Of a stretch of 64,000 nt of DNA, positions 1 to 12,546 are shown one piece after another. The position numbers and the translations under genes were made by a program. Origin of the DNA: Myxococcota bacterium (GTDB lineage: Bacteria; Myxococcota_A; UBA9160; UBA6930); contig OZ245015.1 of assembly GCA_965223705.1 (NCBI GenBank), positions 1,088,001-1,152,000 of the forward strand, read 5' to 3'. The stretch's first letter is position 1. Every line of letters begins with the position of its first letter. Under the pieces are notes generated by a model. The model saw only the letters and a list, made by a program, of their open reading frames with translations, made no database searches and was not told where the DNA came from.

Positions 1-1035
1 AAAGCGAAGGAAACCGGGGCCGCCGATTGCGTCATCCGCGATCTGCGCGAAGAGTTTGTCGACGATTACGTGTTCCCGGCGATCGCGGGCCACGCCGTCT
101 ACGAGGGCACGTACCTGCTCGGCACGGCGCTCGCTAGGCCCGTGATCGCGAAGCATCAGATCGAGGTGGCCAAAGAAACCGGCTGCGACGCGGTGGCTCA
201 TGGCGCGACGGGGAAGGGCAACGATCAAGTCCGCTTCGAGCTGACCTACCGCGCGTTGGCGCCGGAGATCGCGGTCATCGCGCCGTGGCGAACCTGGGAC
301 CTCCGGTCGCGCAGCGACTGCATCGCGTACGCGGAGAAGTACGCGATCCCGGTCCAGGCGACGGCGGCGAAGCCCTACTCCATCGACCGCAACCTCCTCC
401 ACATCTCGTTCGAGGGAGGCATCCTGGAAGATCCGTGGCGCGCGCCGGACGAGAGCATGTTCGTGCTCACGACCGGCGCGGAAGACGCGCCCGACACGCC
501 GGCGGAGATCGTGATCGGTTTCGAAAAGGGCGTGCCGACGACCGTCGACGGCGAGCGGTTGTCGCCGGCGGCCCTTCTGTTGCGTCTCAACCAAATCGCG
601 GGCGCCCACGGCGTCGGCCGCGTCGACATGGTGGAGTCGCGATTTGTCGGCATCCGCTCGCGCGGTGTGTACGAAACGCCGGGTGGCACCGTGCTCCACG
701 CGGCCCACCGCGCCGTCGAGTCGCTGACCCTCGATCGCGAGGTCATGCACGAACGCGATCGGTTGTCGCCGCGCCTCGCGGAGCTGATCTACAACGGGTT
801 CTGGTTTTCTCCCGAGATGGATTTCCTGCGCGCCGCGATCGATGCGTCACAGCGAAACGTGACAGGTGAGGCGCGGGTCAAGCTCTACAAAGGCGGCTTG
901 CAAGTCACAGGACGACGCTCTCCCGTCTCTCTCTATTCGGAGACGTTGTCGACGTTCGAAGACGACGGCGATGCGTACGACCAAGCGGACGCCGGGGGCT
1001 TTATCCGCCTTCAGGGACTTCGACTGCGCCCCTAG
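1..1035 (+). CDS. argG: Argininosuccinate synthase, 5'-truncated by the window edge
   Basis: Motifs [37 protein letters not shown] and [10 protein letters not shown]; the frame is open from position 1. Confidence 0.96.
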   Translation, partial: KAKETGAADCVIRDLREEFVDDYVFPAIAGHAVYEGTYLLGTALARPVIAKHQIEVAKETGCDAVAHGATGKGNDQVRFELTYRALAPEIAVIAPWRTWDLRSRSDCIAYAEKYAIPVQATAAKPYSIDRNLLHISFEGGILEDPWRAPDESMFVLTTGAEDAPDTPAEIVIGFEKGVPTTVDGERLSPAALLLRLNQIAGAHGVGRVDMVESRFVGIRSRGVYETPGGTVLHAAHRAVESLTLDREVMHERDRLSPRLAELIYNGFWFSPEMDFLRAAIDASQRNVTGEARVKLYKGGLQVTGRRSPVSLYSETLSTFEDDGDAYDQADAGGFIRLQGLRLRP

Positions 1036-1174
1036 ATCCCGCCGGAAAGCTGACTGAGAGTCACTTCTCCGATGAACGCCGCCCCTCCGCGCGACGTCTA
1101 AACTGCCGAGCCGCGCTTCGGCACCGCTATCGTTGGTGTTCCGAGAGGTTGCTCACGCAAGGAGAAGTCGCTCG

Positions 1175-2461
1175 ATGCTAAAAACCCTCGTCATCCTGTT
1201 GTCGGCGCTGTCGCTTCCCGCTCTCGCACAATCGGATGGCGTCCCCTTCAAGGAAGGAGACGTGCTCGGTTACGACCGGATCGAGGACCTAAAACCCTAC
1301 CTGCCCCAAGAGTTCTGGACGCATCGCGACATCTTCTTTTGGGAAGGCATGCAGCTCGAGATCGGCCCGCCGTTCCGCGATTACTCGCCGCCGCCGGAAT
1401 TCGAGGCGGTGACCGAGCGCTACAAAGGGCAAGCGCGGATCGGTCCGGGCAACAGCCTCGAGAACTACACCGCAGGCGAGCCGTTCCCGATGGAGGAGAT
1501 CGATTGTCTGGGCGACCCCCAGGCGGGGGCCAAAGTCATCTGGAACTTCGACCGGCAGTGGTCGGGGGACGGCGCGGACAACCACTTCCTCTACACCTAC
1601 TTCGATCGCGGCGAGCAGCTCTCGCTCTACTACCAAGGGGAAGCGAAAGTCGTCGAGATGACGGGTCGCATCGAGCCCGAATATCTCGACAAGAACGGCG
1701 GCGACATCTTCAAGAACGACAAGCGCAAGACGGTGCTCGGTATCGAAGTCGAGGAGCCGTTCGAGTCGCGAGGCCTGGCGGCCATCACGTACCGCTACAA
1801 GGGGTCTCAGAACCCTCCGGAGACCAGCAAGTACGACGATACGTGGATCTATCAACCCGATGCGCGGCGCGTGCGTCGGTTTGCCACGAAGCAGCGAACC
1901 GACGCGATCTCGGGGACCGACTTCAGCTTCGATGATCTCCGGAGCTTCGCGGGCATCGTCCCTCACTACAATTGGACCTGCCTCGGCGAGATGGTGTTGA
2001 TCGCCCCGATGAACACCCAGATGCGCGCTTACCCCTACTCGAAAGACGCGGACTTCGGCCCGCGCGGACTCTCGTTTGCCAACGATCGCTGGGAGCTGCG
2101 TCACGCGATCGCGATCCGATCGGTCCCGGTGGATCCTTCCCACCCGTATTCCCGGAAAGATCTCTACATCGACAAGCAGAGCCTGACGCCGCTCTACTCG
2201 TTCGCTTACGATCGAAAAGACTCGCTGTGGAAGATCATCTGGCACAACCACCGCTGGAGCGAAGACGATCCCGAGTGGTACAAGGGCTGGAAAGGTGTCA
2301 AGCGTCCGCGAGACATGCGCATCGTGAGCGATATCATCGCCAACGCACAGACGGGAACGGGCAACCGCATCGAGTTCTGGGACAGCCATGGCACGCCGCT
2401 TCGTAACAAAGCCAAGGTCCGGCGTTACATCGACGTCAGTCGCCTCACACAAGGGCGCTAA
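1175..2461 (+). CDS. DUF1329 family periplasmic protein (outer-membrane lipoprotein-sorting-like fold)
   Basis: AGGAG RBS, ATG at 1175 and a signal peptide; motifs YTAGEPFP, DDTWIYQPDARRVRR, GTDFSFDD, WELR and HPYSRKDLYID. Confidence 0.8.
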   Translation: MLKTLVILLSALSLPALAQSDGVPFKEGDVLGYDRIEDLKPYLPQEFWTHRDIFFWEGMQLEIGPPFRDYSPPPEFEAVTERYKGQARIGPGNSLENYTAGEPFPMEEIDCLGDPQAGAKVIWNFDRQWSGDGADNHFLYTYFDRGEQLSLYYQGEAKVVEMTGRIEPEYLDKNGGDIFKNDKRKTVLGIEVEEPFESRGLAAITYRYKGSQNPPETSKYDDTWIYQPDARRVRRFATKQRTDAISGTDFSFDDLRSFAGIVPHYNWTCLGEMVLIAPMNTQMRAYPYSKDADFGPRGLSFANDRWELRHAIAIRSVPVDPSHPYSRKDLYIDKQSLTPLYSFAYDRKDSLWKIIWHNHRWSEDDPEWYKGWKGVKRPRDMRIVSDIIANAQTGTGNRIEFWDSHGTPLRNKAKVRRYIDVSRLTQGR

Positions 2462-3935
2462 GCGCCGCCGAACCAGGTTGGCCGGCGCGCTGCTCGCGGG
2501 AGCGATCGCACTCGCCGGTTGCCACGAAACGGGTTTGTCGCCGCGGGGCGGTGTTCCTGGACTGGGCGTGCTCGACGATCTCTTCGCGGTTTCGGTGGTA
2601 TCTCCGGAGCACCTGGTCGCCGTGGGCTACTGGGGAGCGGCCTACGTTTCGACCGACGGCGGCAACAGCTGGCAACGCGGCGAGACGAACACCCGAAGCC
2701 TCATCAACGACGTTTCGATGGGAGACGCGAAACGCGGCTACGCCGTCGGTCAGCGGGGTTTGTTGCTCCGGACGGACGACGGCGGCCTCACGTGGGAAAC
2801 GCTTCCAAACCCGAAGGCCGACCAACAGGTCCACTTTTTTTCGGTGCACGCCCTCGACGCGAAGCGGCTTTGGATCGTGGGCGAGTGGGGCACCCGACTC
2901 TACAGCGACGACGGGGGCGAGTCGTTTCGGGACGAGTCTCTGGTCGTTTCGCCGGGCCATCCTCAATTCGTATGGCTTTCTGTCGACGATCAGGAGCGGA
3001 TCCGCGCCGGTGAGAGCGTCTTCGAGGACATCGGTCTCACCGACGTGTGGTGCTTACCGAACGCGGATCGTTGTTGGATTGTCGGCGAATTCGGCACGGT
3101 GTTCTTCAGCGATTCCGGCGGCGTGTCTCGCGATGGCGAGCGCGGCTGGCAGCGCGGCGAGATTCTCGCCGACGAGAAGCCCGAGCCCGTTGTCCTGGGT
3201 GAGGGGGTCACAGAACTGTCGCGGGAGCAACTCGCGAACCTCGAGGCCTATGCGGCGACGCTTCAGAGTCAGCCCCACTTGATCGTCGCCATCGAGCCGC
3301 GCCTCTCGCCCGCCGAGATCGCGAGCTACCGACCGGGTGGCGATCCGTACCCGCTCTTCGAGCTCATCGACGCGCGATCGCAGTCGATTCAATTCGCGCT
3401 CGAAGGCGCGGGATTGCTTTCGGATCGCGTCAGGCAGCGCGGTGCGCCGCCGTGGGACTACGAAGATTTCATCGAGGACGACCCGGAAATTCTCGGACGT
3501 TGGCTCGAGAGTCGACGCGGCGAAGAGGCGCGGGTCGATCTCGAGATCGCGCAGAGCCCCTATTTGTTTTCGGTGCGATTTAGCGACGCCAAGCACGGCA
3601 CGGTCGCGGCGCTGGGCGGTGTCGTGATGCGCTCCGTCGACGGCGGGCGCACCTGGCGATACACCGAAGTCGGTCGCAAAGCGGCGGTTTTTGGTACCGC
3701 CCCGCTCGCGAACGATCGTGTGCTGGCCTTTGGCGAGAAAGGCCTGGCGCGGCTCACCACCGACGGTGGCGCGTCTTGGGCGCGGCCGAGCGAGGGTTTC
3801 CCGGACCTCTTTACGTTCCTACGCGACGCCGCGTTTGCGGGCGATACCGGCTACCTCGTGGGCCAGGGCGGCTTGGTGCTCCGGACCGACGACGCGGGCA
3901 AGAGCTGGTCTCAGCTGCTTCCGCCGCCGTCCTAG
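2388..3935 (+). CDS. YCF48/BNR (Asp-box) beta-propeller lipoprotein with an internal OmpA-like insert; start uncertain
   Basis: Lipobox LAGC; repeated S/T-x-DGG-x-T/S-W boxes; sits next to DUF1329 as is typical for this pair. Confidence 0.75.
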   Translation: MARRFVTKPRSGVTSTSVASHKGAKRRRTRLAGALLAGAIALAGCHETGLSPRGGVPGLGVLDDLFAVSVVSPEHLVAVGYWGAAYVSTDGGNSWQRGETNTRSLINDVSMGDAKRGYAVGQRGLLLRTDDGGLTWETLPNPKADQQVHFFSVHALDAKRLWIVGEWGTRLYSDDGGESFRDESLVVSPGHPQFVWLSVDDQERIRAGESVFEDIGLTDVWCLPNADRCWIVGEFGTVFFSDSGGVSRDGERGWQRGEILADEKPEPVVLGEGVTELSREQLANLEAYAATLQSQPHLIVAIEPRLSPAEIASYRPGGDPYPLFELIDARSQSIQFALEGAGLLSDRVRQRGAPPWDYEDFIEDDPEILGRWLESRRGEEARVDLEIAQSPYLFSVRFSDAKHGTVAALGGVVMRSVDGGRTWRYTEVGRKAAVFGTAPLANDRVLAFGEKGLARLTTDGGASWARPSEGFPDLFTFLRDAAFAGDTGYLVGQGGLVLRTDDAGKSWSQLLPPPS

Positions 3936-3938
3936 CGC

Positions 3939-5570
3939 TCAGGCGTTTTCCGCTTCTGCCCGCAGCTCCACGCGGCGGATCTTCCCGCTCACGGTCTTCG
4001 GAAGCTCCGGTCGGTACTCGATCGAGCGCGGGTACTTGTACGGCGCGGTCACGGTCTTGCAGTGATCTTGGAGCTTCTTCGTCAACGCGTCGTCACCGGT
4101 GACCCCGGCTCGCAGCACCACGAACGCTTTCACGATCGCCCCGCGGTCCGGGTCGGGAGCGGCGACCACCGCCGCTTCGACGACGTCGGGATGCTCGACC
4201 AGCGCACTCTCGACTTCGAACGGCCCGATGCGGTAGCCGGCGGAAATGATGACATCGTCCGCTCGGCCGACGAACCAGAAGTAACCGTCTTCGTCGCGCG
4301 ACGCGCGATCGCCGGTGATGTAGTAGGGGCCGCGGCGGCATTTCGTGCTCGCCGCCTCGTCCTTCCAATATTCGAGGAAGAGGCTCGGCGGGCGGCCCTC
4401 GATGGCCACGTCGCCGATCTCGCCGACCGGCAGGACCTGGGCGTCGTCGCCGATGATCTCGACGCGATGCCCCGGCATCGGAAGGCCCATCGAGCCGGGC
4501 CGAACTTCGATCCCCGGATGGTTGCCGACGAGAAGAATCGTCTCGGTCTGGCCGTAGCCGTCGCGGATCGTCAGCCCCGTCGCTTCTTTCCACGCGCGGA
4601 TGACTTCGGGATTGAGCGGCTCACCAGCCGAGACGCACTCGCGCAGCCCGGCGAACTCGAAGTCCGCGAGGTTCTCTTTGACGAGCATGCGGAACTCGGT
4701 CGGGGGCGCGCAAAAGACCGCGGGTTGAATCTCCTGAAGGAGTTCGAGCTCCTTGCGCGCGTCGAAGCGTCCTCCGTACATGAAGACTTCCGCGCCGACA
4801 CTCCACGGTCCGAACAGCACGCTGTACGCCGCCTTGGCCCAGCCGGTATCGCTGGTGGTCCACATGCGTTCGCCCCGGGTGACGCCGAGCCACACCTCCG
4901 CCGTATAACGCTGGGCAAAGGTGTACGCGTGGGCGTGCAGCACCGCTTTCGGCGGGCCCGTCGTTCCCGACGTGTAGTAGACGAGGGCGGGGTCGTCGGC
5001 GGACGTCTCGGGTTGTCCGGCGCTGCTCGCATCCGCGCCGGCCGATTCCGCGAGAAAATCCGTCCAGCCGCCCGGGGCTTGCCCACCGCTCGGGTCGACG
5101 GCGAGGAAGTGCCGAATGCCGGTGAGCTTCGCGCGCGCCGCTTCGACCGTCGGGATCTCGGTCGGGGACGCCACGATCGCGACCGCCCCACTGTGCTCGG
5201 CGCGGTACAGCAGATCTTTCTCGCGCAAAATGGTCGAGCTCGGAATGACCAGGGCGCCGGCTTTGAGACCACCCACCACCACCAGATGCCATTCCGGAAG
5301 CTTCGGCAACATCACGATGACCGGGTCGCCGGGGCCAATTCCCATCGAGCGCAGGGTATTGGCTACGCGGTTGGTCGCATCTCGAACTTCGCGGAAGGTC
5401 AGGCTGCGATCGGGCCCGGAGTCCGGCCGGAACAGGAGGGCCGGCAAGTCGGGATCCTCGGCGTGGCGATCGACCACGTCTCGCCCGAAGTTGAAGTTCG
5501 GGGGCACTTCCCAACGGAAATCTTCGAAACGTCTACGGTATTCGGCGAGCGCGGCTTCCGGGTCGGGCAC
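3939..5570 (-). CDS. Acyl-CoA synthetase (AMP-forming, medium-chain ACSM-like)
   Basis: YYTSGTTGPPK, DGYGQTET, GRADDVI, GYRIGPFEVES, PKTVSGKIRR. Confidence 0.92.
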   Translation of the reverse strand: MPDPEAALAEYRRRFEDFRWEVPPNFNFGRDVVDRHAEDPDLPALLFRPDSGPDRSLTFREVRDATNRVANTLRSMGIGPGDPVIVMLPKLPEWHLVVVGGLKAGALVIPSSTILREKDLLYRAEHSGAVAIVASPTEIPTVEAARAKLTGIRHFLAVDPSGGQAPGGWTDFLAESAGADASSAGQPETSADDPALVYYTSGTTGPPKAVLHAHAYTFAQRYTAEVWLGVTRGERMWTTSDTGWAKAAYSVLFGPWSVGAEVFMYGGRFDARKELELLQEIQPAVFCAPPTEFRMLVKENLADFEFAGLRECVSAGEPLNPEVIRAWKEATGLTIRDGYGQTETILLVGNHPGIEVRPGSMGLPMPGHRVEIIGDDAQVLPVGEIGDVAIEGRPPSLFLEYWKDEAASTKCRRGPYYITGDRASRDEDGYFWFVGRADDVIISAGYRIGPFEVESALVEHPDVVEAAVVAAPDPDRGAIVKAFVVLRAGVTGDDALTKKLQDHCKTVTAPYKYPRSIEYRPELPKTVSGKIRRVELRAEAENA

Positions 5571-5726
5571 GGGCGGATCCTCCTTCGGGGCCGCGCCGGG
5601 GCGGCCGTCCTCTTCTATGATGCGGCGAACCGTCTTTAGCCGGCAAGTCGGACCTCCGATACTGCAAGACGAGGACGTTCGCTCTCGGCCACGCGAATCC
5701 CGGGCTGAGGCGTTTCAAAGGTTTGC

Positions 5727-7139
5727 ATGACGGCGCTAGCAGAACATACCGAGGGGACGGACTGGACACCCCGCGTGATCGTGGTCGACGACGATCGGTT
5801 CCACCGGGAATTGGCGGTCGACGCCTTGCGGGGCGTCGCGCACGTGCGCGCTTGCAGCAACGCCTCGGAAGCCCTCGAGGCCCTGGAAGAAGCCCCGGCA
5901 GACCTGGTTTTGAGCGACCTCGAGATGCCGGAAACCAGTGGTGTCGAACTGCTCCAGCGCGTGCGGCACGACCATCCCGGCACGGACTTCATGTTGTTGA
6001 CCGGGAACGCTTCCCTCGACTCGGCCATTGCCGCGCTGCGGCAGGGTGCCGTCGATTACCTGCGCAAGCCGATCGATCCCGAAGAACTCGCTCTGGTCGT
6101 CAAGCGTTGTCTGTCCCAGCGTCGCTTGCTGCGCGAGAACACGCGTCTCCGGGATGCCCTCGAAACCATTGACGCGACGCGAACGTTGTCGAGTTGTCTC
6201 GAGCCTCGCGACGTGTACACAGCCGCTCTCGAGCTCGCGCTTCGGATCCTACCGCGCCGCCGGGGCGGTGCGATCTTTCACCGAGGGATGGCGACCGAGA
6301 CGGACGGCGCACTCCTGCGCGGCTTCGACGACGCGGAGGCCACCATCTTGACGCGAGAGCTCGCACGCGAGAAGCCACTCGATTGGAGCGGGCACGACCC
6401 GGTTTTCGTCCACCAGCGCGGGCGATTGCTCGACGCGCTTCGCGAAGCCGGTTGTGAGCCCACGTCGGTCCTGTCCCTGTCGCTGGCCGGCGACGACGGG
6501 GAATCCGGTTTGCTCTTCTTCCCGGACGATCACGGCGAGCCCTTCGGCGGTCCCGAAATCGAACGCGCCACGATCCTGGCCGACCAAACGAACGCCGCGC
6601 TCCGCAATGCCGAGCGCTACATCCAGGCGAAGGAACGGGCGTTTATCGACGACGTCACCGAGGTGTACAACGCGCGCTATCTGCTCGAGGCGACCGATCG
6701 CGAGCTGCGCCGCGCGGAGCGGTACAAGTCCGATCTATCGGTGTTGTTCCTCGACCTCGATCGCTTCAAGTTGGTGAACGACAACTACGGCCATCTGGTC
6801 GGGTCGAACACCCTGAGGCAGCTCGCTCGGGTTTTGCAAGATTGTGTGCGTCAGGTCGACACATTGGCCCGCTACGGGGGCGACGAGTTCACGATCATCC
6901 TGGTCGATACCGACGAGCCGGGCAGCCTCCTGGTTGCCGAACGCATTCGCCAGACGGTCGAGGAAACGGCGTTCGAGGCCGGACCCGACCGAACGCTGCA
7001 TCTCACCTGCAGCGTGGGCGTGGCGAGCTACCCGGTCCACGGCGCGAGCCGCGAAGCCCTGCTCGACGCGGCGGACAAAGCGATGTACCGGGCGAAGTCC
7101 CGGGGTCGGAACCGAGTTTGCTCGGCGGCGGAGCTCTAG
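5727..7139 (+). CDS. Response-regulator diguanylate cyclase (REC-GAF-like-GGDEF)
   Basis: Receiver motifs VVDDD, SDLEMP and LRKP; DLDRFKLVND; RQVD I-site followed by RYGGDEF. Confidence 0.9.
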   Translation: MTALAEHTEGTDWTPRVIVVDDDRFHRELAVDALRGVAHVRACSNASEALEALEEAPADLVLSDLEMPETSGVELLQRVRHDHPGTDFMLLTGNASLDSAIAALRQGAVDYLRKPIDPEELALVVKRCLSQRRLLRENTRLRDALETIDATRTLSSCLEPRDVYTAALELALRILPRRRGGAIFHRGMATETDGALLRGFDDAEATILTRELAREKPLDWSGHDPVFVHQRGRLLDALREAGCEPTSVLSLSLAGDDGESGLLFFPDDHGEPFGGPEIERATILADQTNAALRNAERYIQAKERAFIDDVTEVYNARYLLEATDRELRRAERYKSDLSVLFLDLDRFKLVNDNYGHLVGSNTLRQLARVLQDCVRQVDTLARYGGDEFTIILVDTDEPGSLLVAERIRQTVEETAFEAGPDRTLHLTCSVGVASYPVHGASREALLDAADKAMYRAKSRGRNRVCSAAEL

Positions 7140-7212
7140 GGCACACGCCCCTCGGAATGGCGTTTAAGGGTTCCCTCTGCTAACGCAGCGGAGCTTCAGG
7201 CGGAGCGAGATC

Positions 7213-9020
7213 GTGGAACGCGCGGACGCACAACTGGATTCAATGGGCAGCCTTCGGCGCAGCCACGGCTGCGGTGAGCTTTCCGCAGACCACGTCGGAA
7301 ACGAAGTGGTCCTCGCCGGTTGGATCCAGCGGCGTCGCGATCACGGCGGCGTCATTTTCGTCGATCTCCGCGATCGCACCGGGCTCGTTCAGGTGGTGTT
7401 CCGGCCCGACGCCGCCAGTGAAGCCCACGATCGCGCGGGCGAGCTCCGATCCGAATACGTCATCGCCATTCGCGGCGTGGTGCAGCCGCGCAGTGAAGAC
7501 ACGATCAATCGCGACATGCCCACCGGCGAAATCGAGATCGTGTCTGCGGAACTGCGGCTTTTGAACACCGCGACACCACCGCCTTTCGCAATCGAAGACG
7601 ATCCCGGAGTCGACGAAGCGGTGCGGTTGCGACACCGCATCCACGACCTGCGCCGAGCGCCGCTTCAGAGGACGCTCAGGCTGCGCGACCGATTGTCGCG
7701 AGCGGTCCGCGCCTCGCTCGCCGATCACGGCTTCACCGAGATCGAGACCCCGATTCTGTCGAAATCGACACCGGAGGGCGCGCGAGATTTCCTGGTACCA
7801 GCGCGACTTCAGCCCGGCGAGTTCTACGCGCTGCCGCAATCCCCGCAGCTGATGAAGCAACTCCTCATGGTGGCTGGCTTCGAGCGCTACTTCCAGATCG
7901 CGCGCTGTTTCCGCGATGAAGACCAACGCGCCGATCGCCAGCTCGAGTTCACCCAGGTCGATCTCGAGATGTCCTTTGTCGGCGTGGAAGACGTTCTTGT
8001 GGTGTTGGAAGACGTCACACGACGAGGCTGTGCGGAAGCGGCGGGCGTCGAGCTCCCGTCACCGTTTCCGCGGCTTTCCTACGCCGACGCCATGGCCCGA
8101 TACGGCAGCGACCGTCCGGACACGAGAATCACGCTCGAGCTTGTCGATCTGACGGAGACGTTCCGCACCAGCGAGTTCCAGGCCTTCCGCCGCGTAGTCG
8201 AAGGCGGCGGCATCGTGAAGTGCCTCCCCATCGCTTCCGCCGACGACTTGTCTCGCGGCGACATCGATCGGCTCGAGTCATTCGCAAAGAAGGAACTCGG
8301 AGCGAAGGGCTTGGGTTGGATCCGCGTCGGCGGAGACGGCGGTTGGCAGAGCCCGATCGTGAAGTTCTTGGGCGACGCGGAACGAGAGGCCATCGCGGCG
8401 GCCACCCACGCGAAACCGGGGAGCCTCCTGCTTTTTCAGGCGGACACGGCCGCCCGCGCGAACGCCACGCTCGCCCGGTTGCGCAGCGATCTCGGGACGC
8501 GCCTCGGTCGGGTCGACGGACGCGCCTGGGACGCGTTGTTCGTCGTCGATTTCCCGCTATTCGAACACGACGACAAGGGCGAGCTCACGTACATGCACAT
8601 GCCCTTCGTCGCTCCGATGGACGAAGACATTCCACTCCTGGCGACCGACCCTGCGCGGGTGCGCGCGACCCACTACGACGTCGTGCTCAATGGAAACGAA
8701 CTGGGCTCCGGAAGCCTGCGGAATCACCGCGCCGATGTGCAGCGGCAAATCCTCGGCATCCTCGGTTACGGCGAAGCCGAAATGGAGGAGCGCTTCGGGT
8801 TCTTGCTGCGCGCCCTCGAAGCGGGTGCGCCGCCCCACGGTGGCTTCGCCTTCGGCTTCGATCGCTTTGCGATGGTGTTGGCCGGAACCGACAACCTGCG
8901 CGATGTCATTGCGTTCCCGAAGACGCAGCGCGGCCAAGACCTGTTGCTCGAGGCGCCGTCCGCTGTGGGTGCAGCGCAACTCGACGAGCTGTCGCTCCGA
9001 CTCGCCGCGCGCAAGCGTTC

Positions 9021-9024
<4 letters not shown>
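7213..9024 (+). CDS. aspS: Aspartate-tRNA ligase (possibly non-discriminating Asp/Asn); start may be ATG 7243
   Basis: RRRDHGGVIFVDLRD, TPEGARDFLVP, LPQSPQ, CFRDED, GAPPHGG, DVIAFPKT. Confidence 0.96.
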
Positions 9025-10360
<1,336 letters not shown>

Positions 10361-10382
10361 GCCCGGAAACGGGGAGGGCAGG

Positions 10383-11552
10383 ATGAACGTCCACGAATAC
10401 CAGGCGAAGGCACTGATGCGCGAGTACGGTGTCTCCGTTCCCGAAGGCAAGCTGGCGACGACGCCGGCCGAAGCCGAAGCCGCGGCGAAGGCGCTCGGCA
10501 GTCCCGTGGTTGTGGTGAAGGCGCAGGTGCACGCGGGCGGCCGAGGCAAGGGCGGGGGCATCAAGCTCGCGAAGAGCCCGGCAGAAGCGAAAGCCCACGC
10601 GGAAGACATCATCGGCATGACCTTGGTGACCCACCAGACAGGGCCCGAAGGCAAGCTCGTTCGCAAGGTCTACGTGGAAGCCGGCTCCGACATCGACCGC
10701 GAGTTGTACCTGGCGATCACCCTCGACCGCGCCACCGAAAACTTCGCGATCGTCGCATCGACCGAAGGTGGAATGGATATCGAGGAAGTCGCGGAACGGA
10801 CGCCCGAGAAAATTTCGACGACCTTCGTCGATCCGAATATCGGGCTCATGCCCTATCAGATCCGCGACATCGGCTTCGGCCTCGGGCTCGACGCGGCCCA
10901 GGTGAAGTCGCTCGACGGGTTTCTCCAGGGACTGTTCCGCCTGTTCCTCGAAAAGGATGGGTCGCTCGCGGAAATCAATCCCCTGGTCGTAACCAAGCAG
11001 GGCGAGCTCTTCGCGCTCGACGGCAAACTCAACTTCGACGACAACGCGCTGTTTCGGCACCCCGACATCGCCGCGTTGCGCGATCCCGACGAAGAAGATC
11101 CGCGGGAACGAGCCGCCCACGAGATCGATCTCGCCTATGTCGGCCTCGACGGCGATATCGGTTGCATGGTGAACGGCGCCGGGCTCGCCATGGCGACGCT
11201 CGACATGATCCAGGTGTGCGGGGGGGCTCCGGCGAATTTTCTCGATGCCGGTGGCACCGCAGACAAAGAGAAAGTGAAGGAAGCGTTCAAGCTCATCCTG
11301 CGCGACGAGAACGTCCGCGCCATCCTGGTCAACATCTTCGGGGGAATCGTTCGCTGCGACATGATCGCCGAGGGCGTGATCGCCGCCGCGCGCGACATGG
11401 GGCTCGAGTTGCCGCTCGTCGTCCGCCTGCAGGGCACCAACGCCGCCGAAGGGCGAGCGCTCCTCTCCGAGTCAGGACTCAACATCACACCGGCCGAAAC
11501 CCTGCGCGAAGCCGGCGAGCGCGCTGTGGCTGCGGCGCGAGGAGCCGCTTAG
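10383..11552 (+). CDS. sucC: Succinyl-CoA ligase beta subunit
   Basis: MNVHEYQAK, KAQVHAGGRGKGGG, GCMVNGAGLAMAT, NIFGGIVRCD. Confidence 0.97.
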   Translation: MNVHEYQAKALMREYGVSVPEGKLATTPAEAEAAAKALGSPVVVVKAQVHAGGRGKGGGIKLAKSPAEAKAHAEDIIGMTLVTHQTGPEGKLVRKVYVEAGSDIDRELYLAITLDRATENFAIVASTEGGMDIEEVAERTPEKISTTFVDPNIGLMPYQIRDIGFGLGLDAAQVKSLDGFLQGLFRLFLEKDGSLAEINPLVVTKQGELFALDGKLNFDDNALFRHPDIAALRDPDEEDPRERAAHEIDLAYVGLDGDIGCMVNGAGLAMATLDMIQVCGGAPANFLDAGGTADKEKVKEAFKLILRDENVRAILVNIFGGIVRCDMIAEGVIAAARDMGLELPLVVRLQGTNAAEGRALLSESGLNITPAETLREAGERAVAAARGAA

Positions 11553-12428
11553 ATGGCGATCCTGTGCGACAAGAACACCAAGCTCCTGGTCCAGGGTATG
11601 GGCCGGATGGGTCAGTTCCACGCGAAGCTGTCGATCGAGTACGGCACGGCCGTGGTCGGGGGCGTCCATCCCGGCAAGGGCGGCCAAACCATCGACGGCA
11701 TTCCGGTGTTCGACACCGCCGCCGAAGCGGTCGAAAAAACCGGAGCGAACGCCTCGGTCATCTTTGTGCCGCCCCCCGGCGCTGCCGACGCGATTCTCGA
11801 GGCGGCGAACGCGGGCTTGTCGATGACCGCATGTATCACCGAGGGGATTCCCGCGGTCGACATGGCTCGTGCCAAGCGCGCGCTCGCCGGATCCTCCACG
11901 CGCCTCATCGGGCCGAATTGCCCCGGTGTCGTGACACCCGAGCAATGCCGCATCGGCATCATGCCGGCGCAGATCACGCGCCCCGGGCCGGTCGGAGTGA
12001 TCTCGCGATCCGGCACGTTGACCTACGAAGCCGTGGACCAGCTGTCGCGCCTGGGCATCGGCCAATCGACGTGCATCGGAATCGGCGGTGACCCGGTCAT
12101 CGGCACCACCTTCGTCGACGCGCTCGCTCTGTTCGAAGCGGATCCCGAAACCCGAGCCGTCGTGATGATCGGCGAGATCGGGGGCTCTGCGGAAGAAACC
12201 GCCGCCCAGTTCGTGAAAGAGAACATGAGCAAGCCCGTCGCAGCCTTTATCGCGGGGCAAAACGCGCCGCCCGGGAAGCGCATGGGGCACGCCGGGGCGA
12301 TCATCGCGGGCGGCAAAGGGAAGGCCGCCGATAAAATGGCCGCCCTCGAAGCGGCCGGCGTCGCTGTGTCGGAATCGCCCGCCGAGATCGGCGAAACACT
12401 CGCAAAGCACGCGTCTTCCGTGCTTTGA
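11553..12428 (+). CDS. sucD: Succinyl-CoA ligase alpha subunit
   Basis: [31 protein letters not shown]. Confidence 0.97.
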   Translation: MAILCDKNTKLLVQGMGRMGQFHAKLSIEYGTAVVGGVHPGKGGQTIDGIPVFDTAAEAVEKTGANASVIFVPPPGAADAILEAANAGLSMTACITEGIPAVDMARAKRALAGSSTRLIGPNCPGVVTPEQCRIGIMPAQITRPGPVGVISRSGTLTYEAVDQLSRLGIGQSTCIGIGGDPVIGTTFVDALALFEADPETRAVVMIGEIGGSAEETAAQFVKENMSKPVAAFIAGQNAPPGKRMGHAGAIIAGGKGKAADKMAALEAAGVAVSESPAEIGETLAKHASSVL

Positions 12429-12546
12429 AGTCCGACTGTAGGCATTTTCCCCACGGCTAAAAACGCTGTTGGGGCGAGTACTTCGCGGACTCGACTGCGG
12501 GTCTGTGTGGCTCAAGTTGCGGGGTCCTGCGGTCGATAGAGACCGC

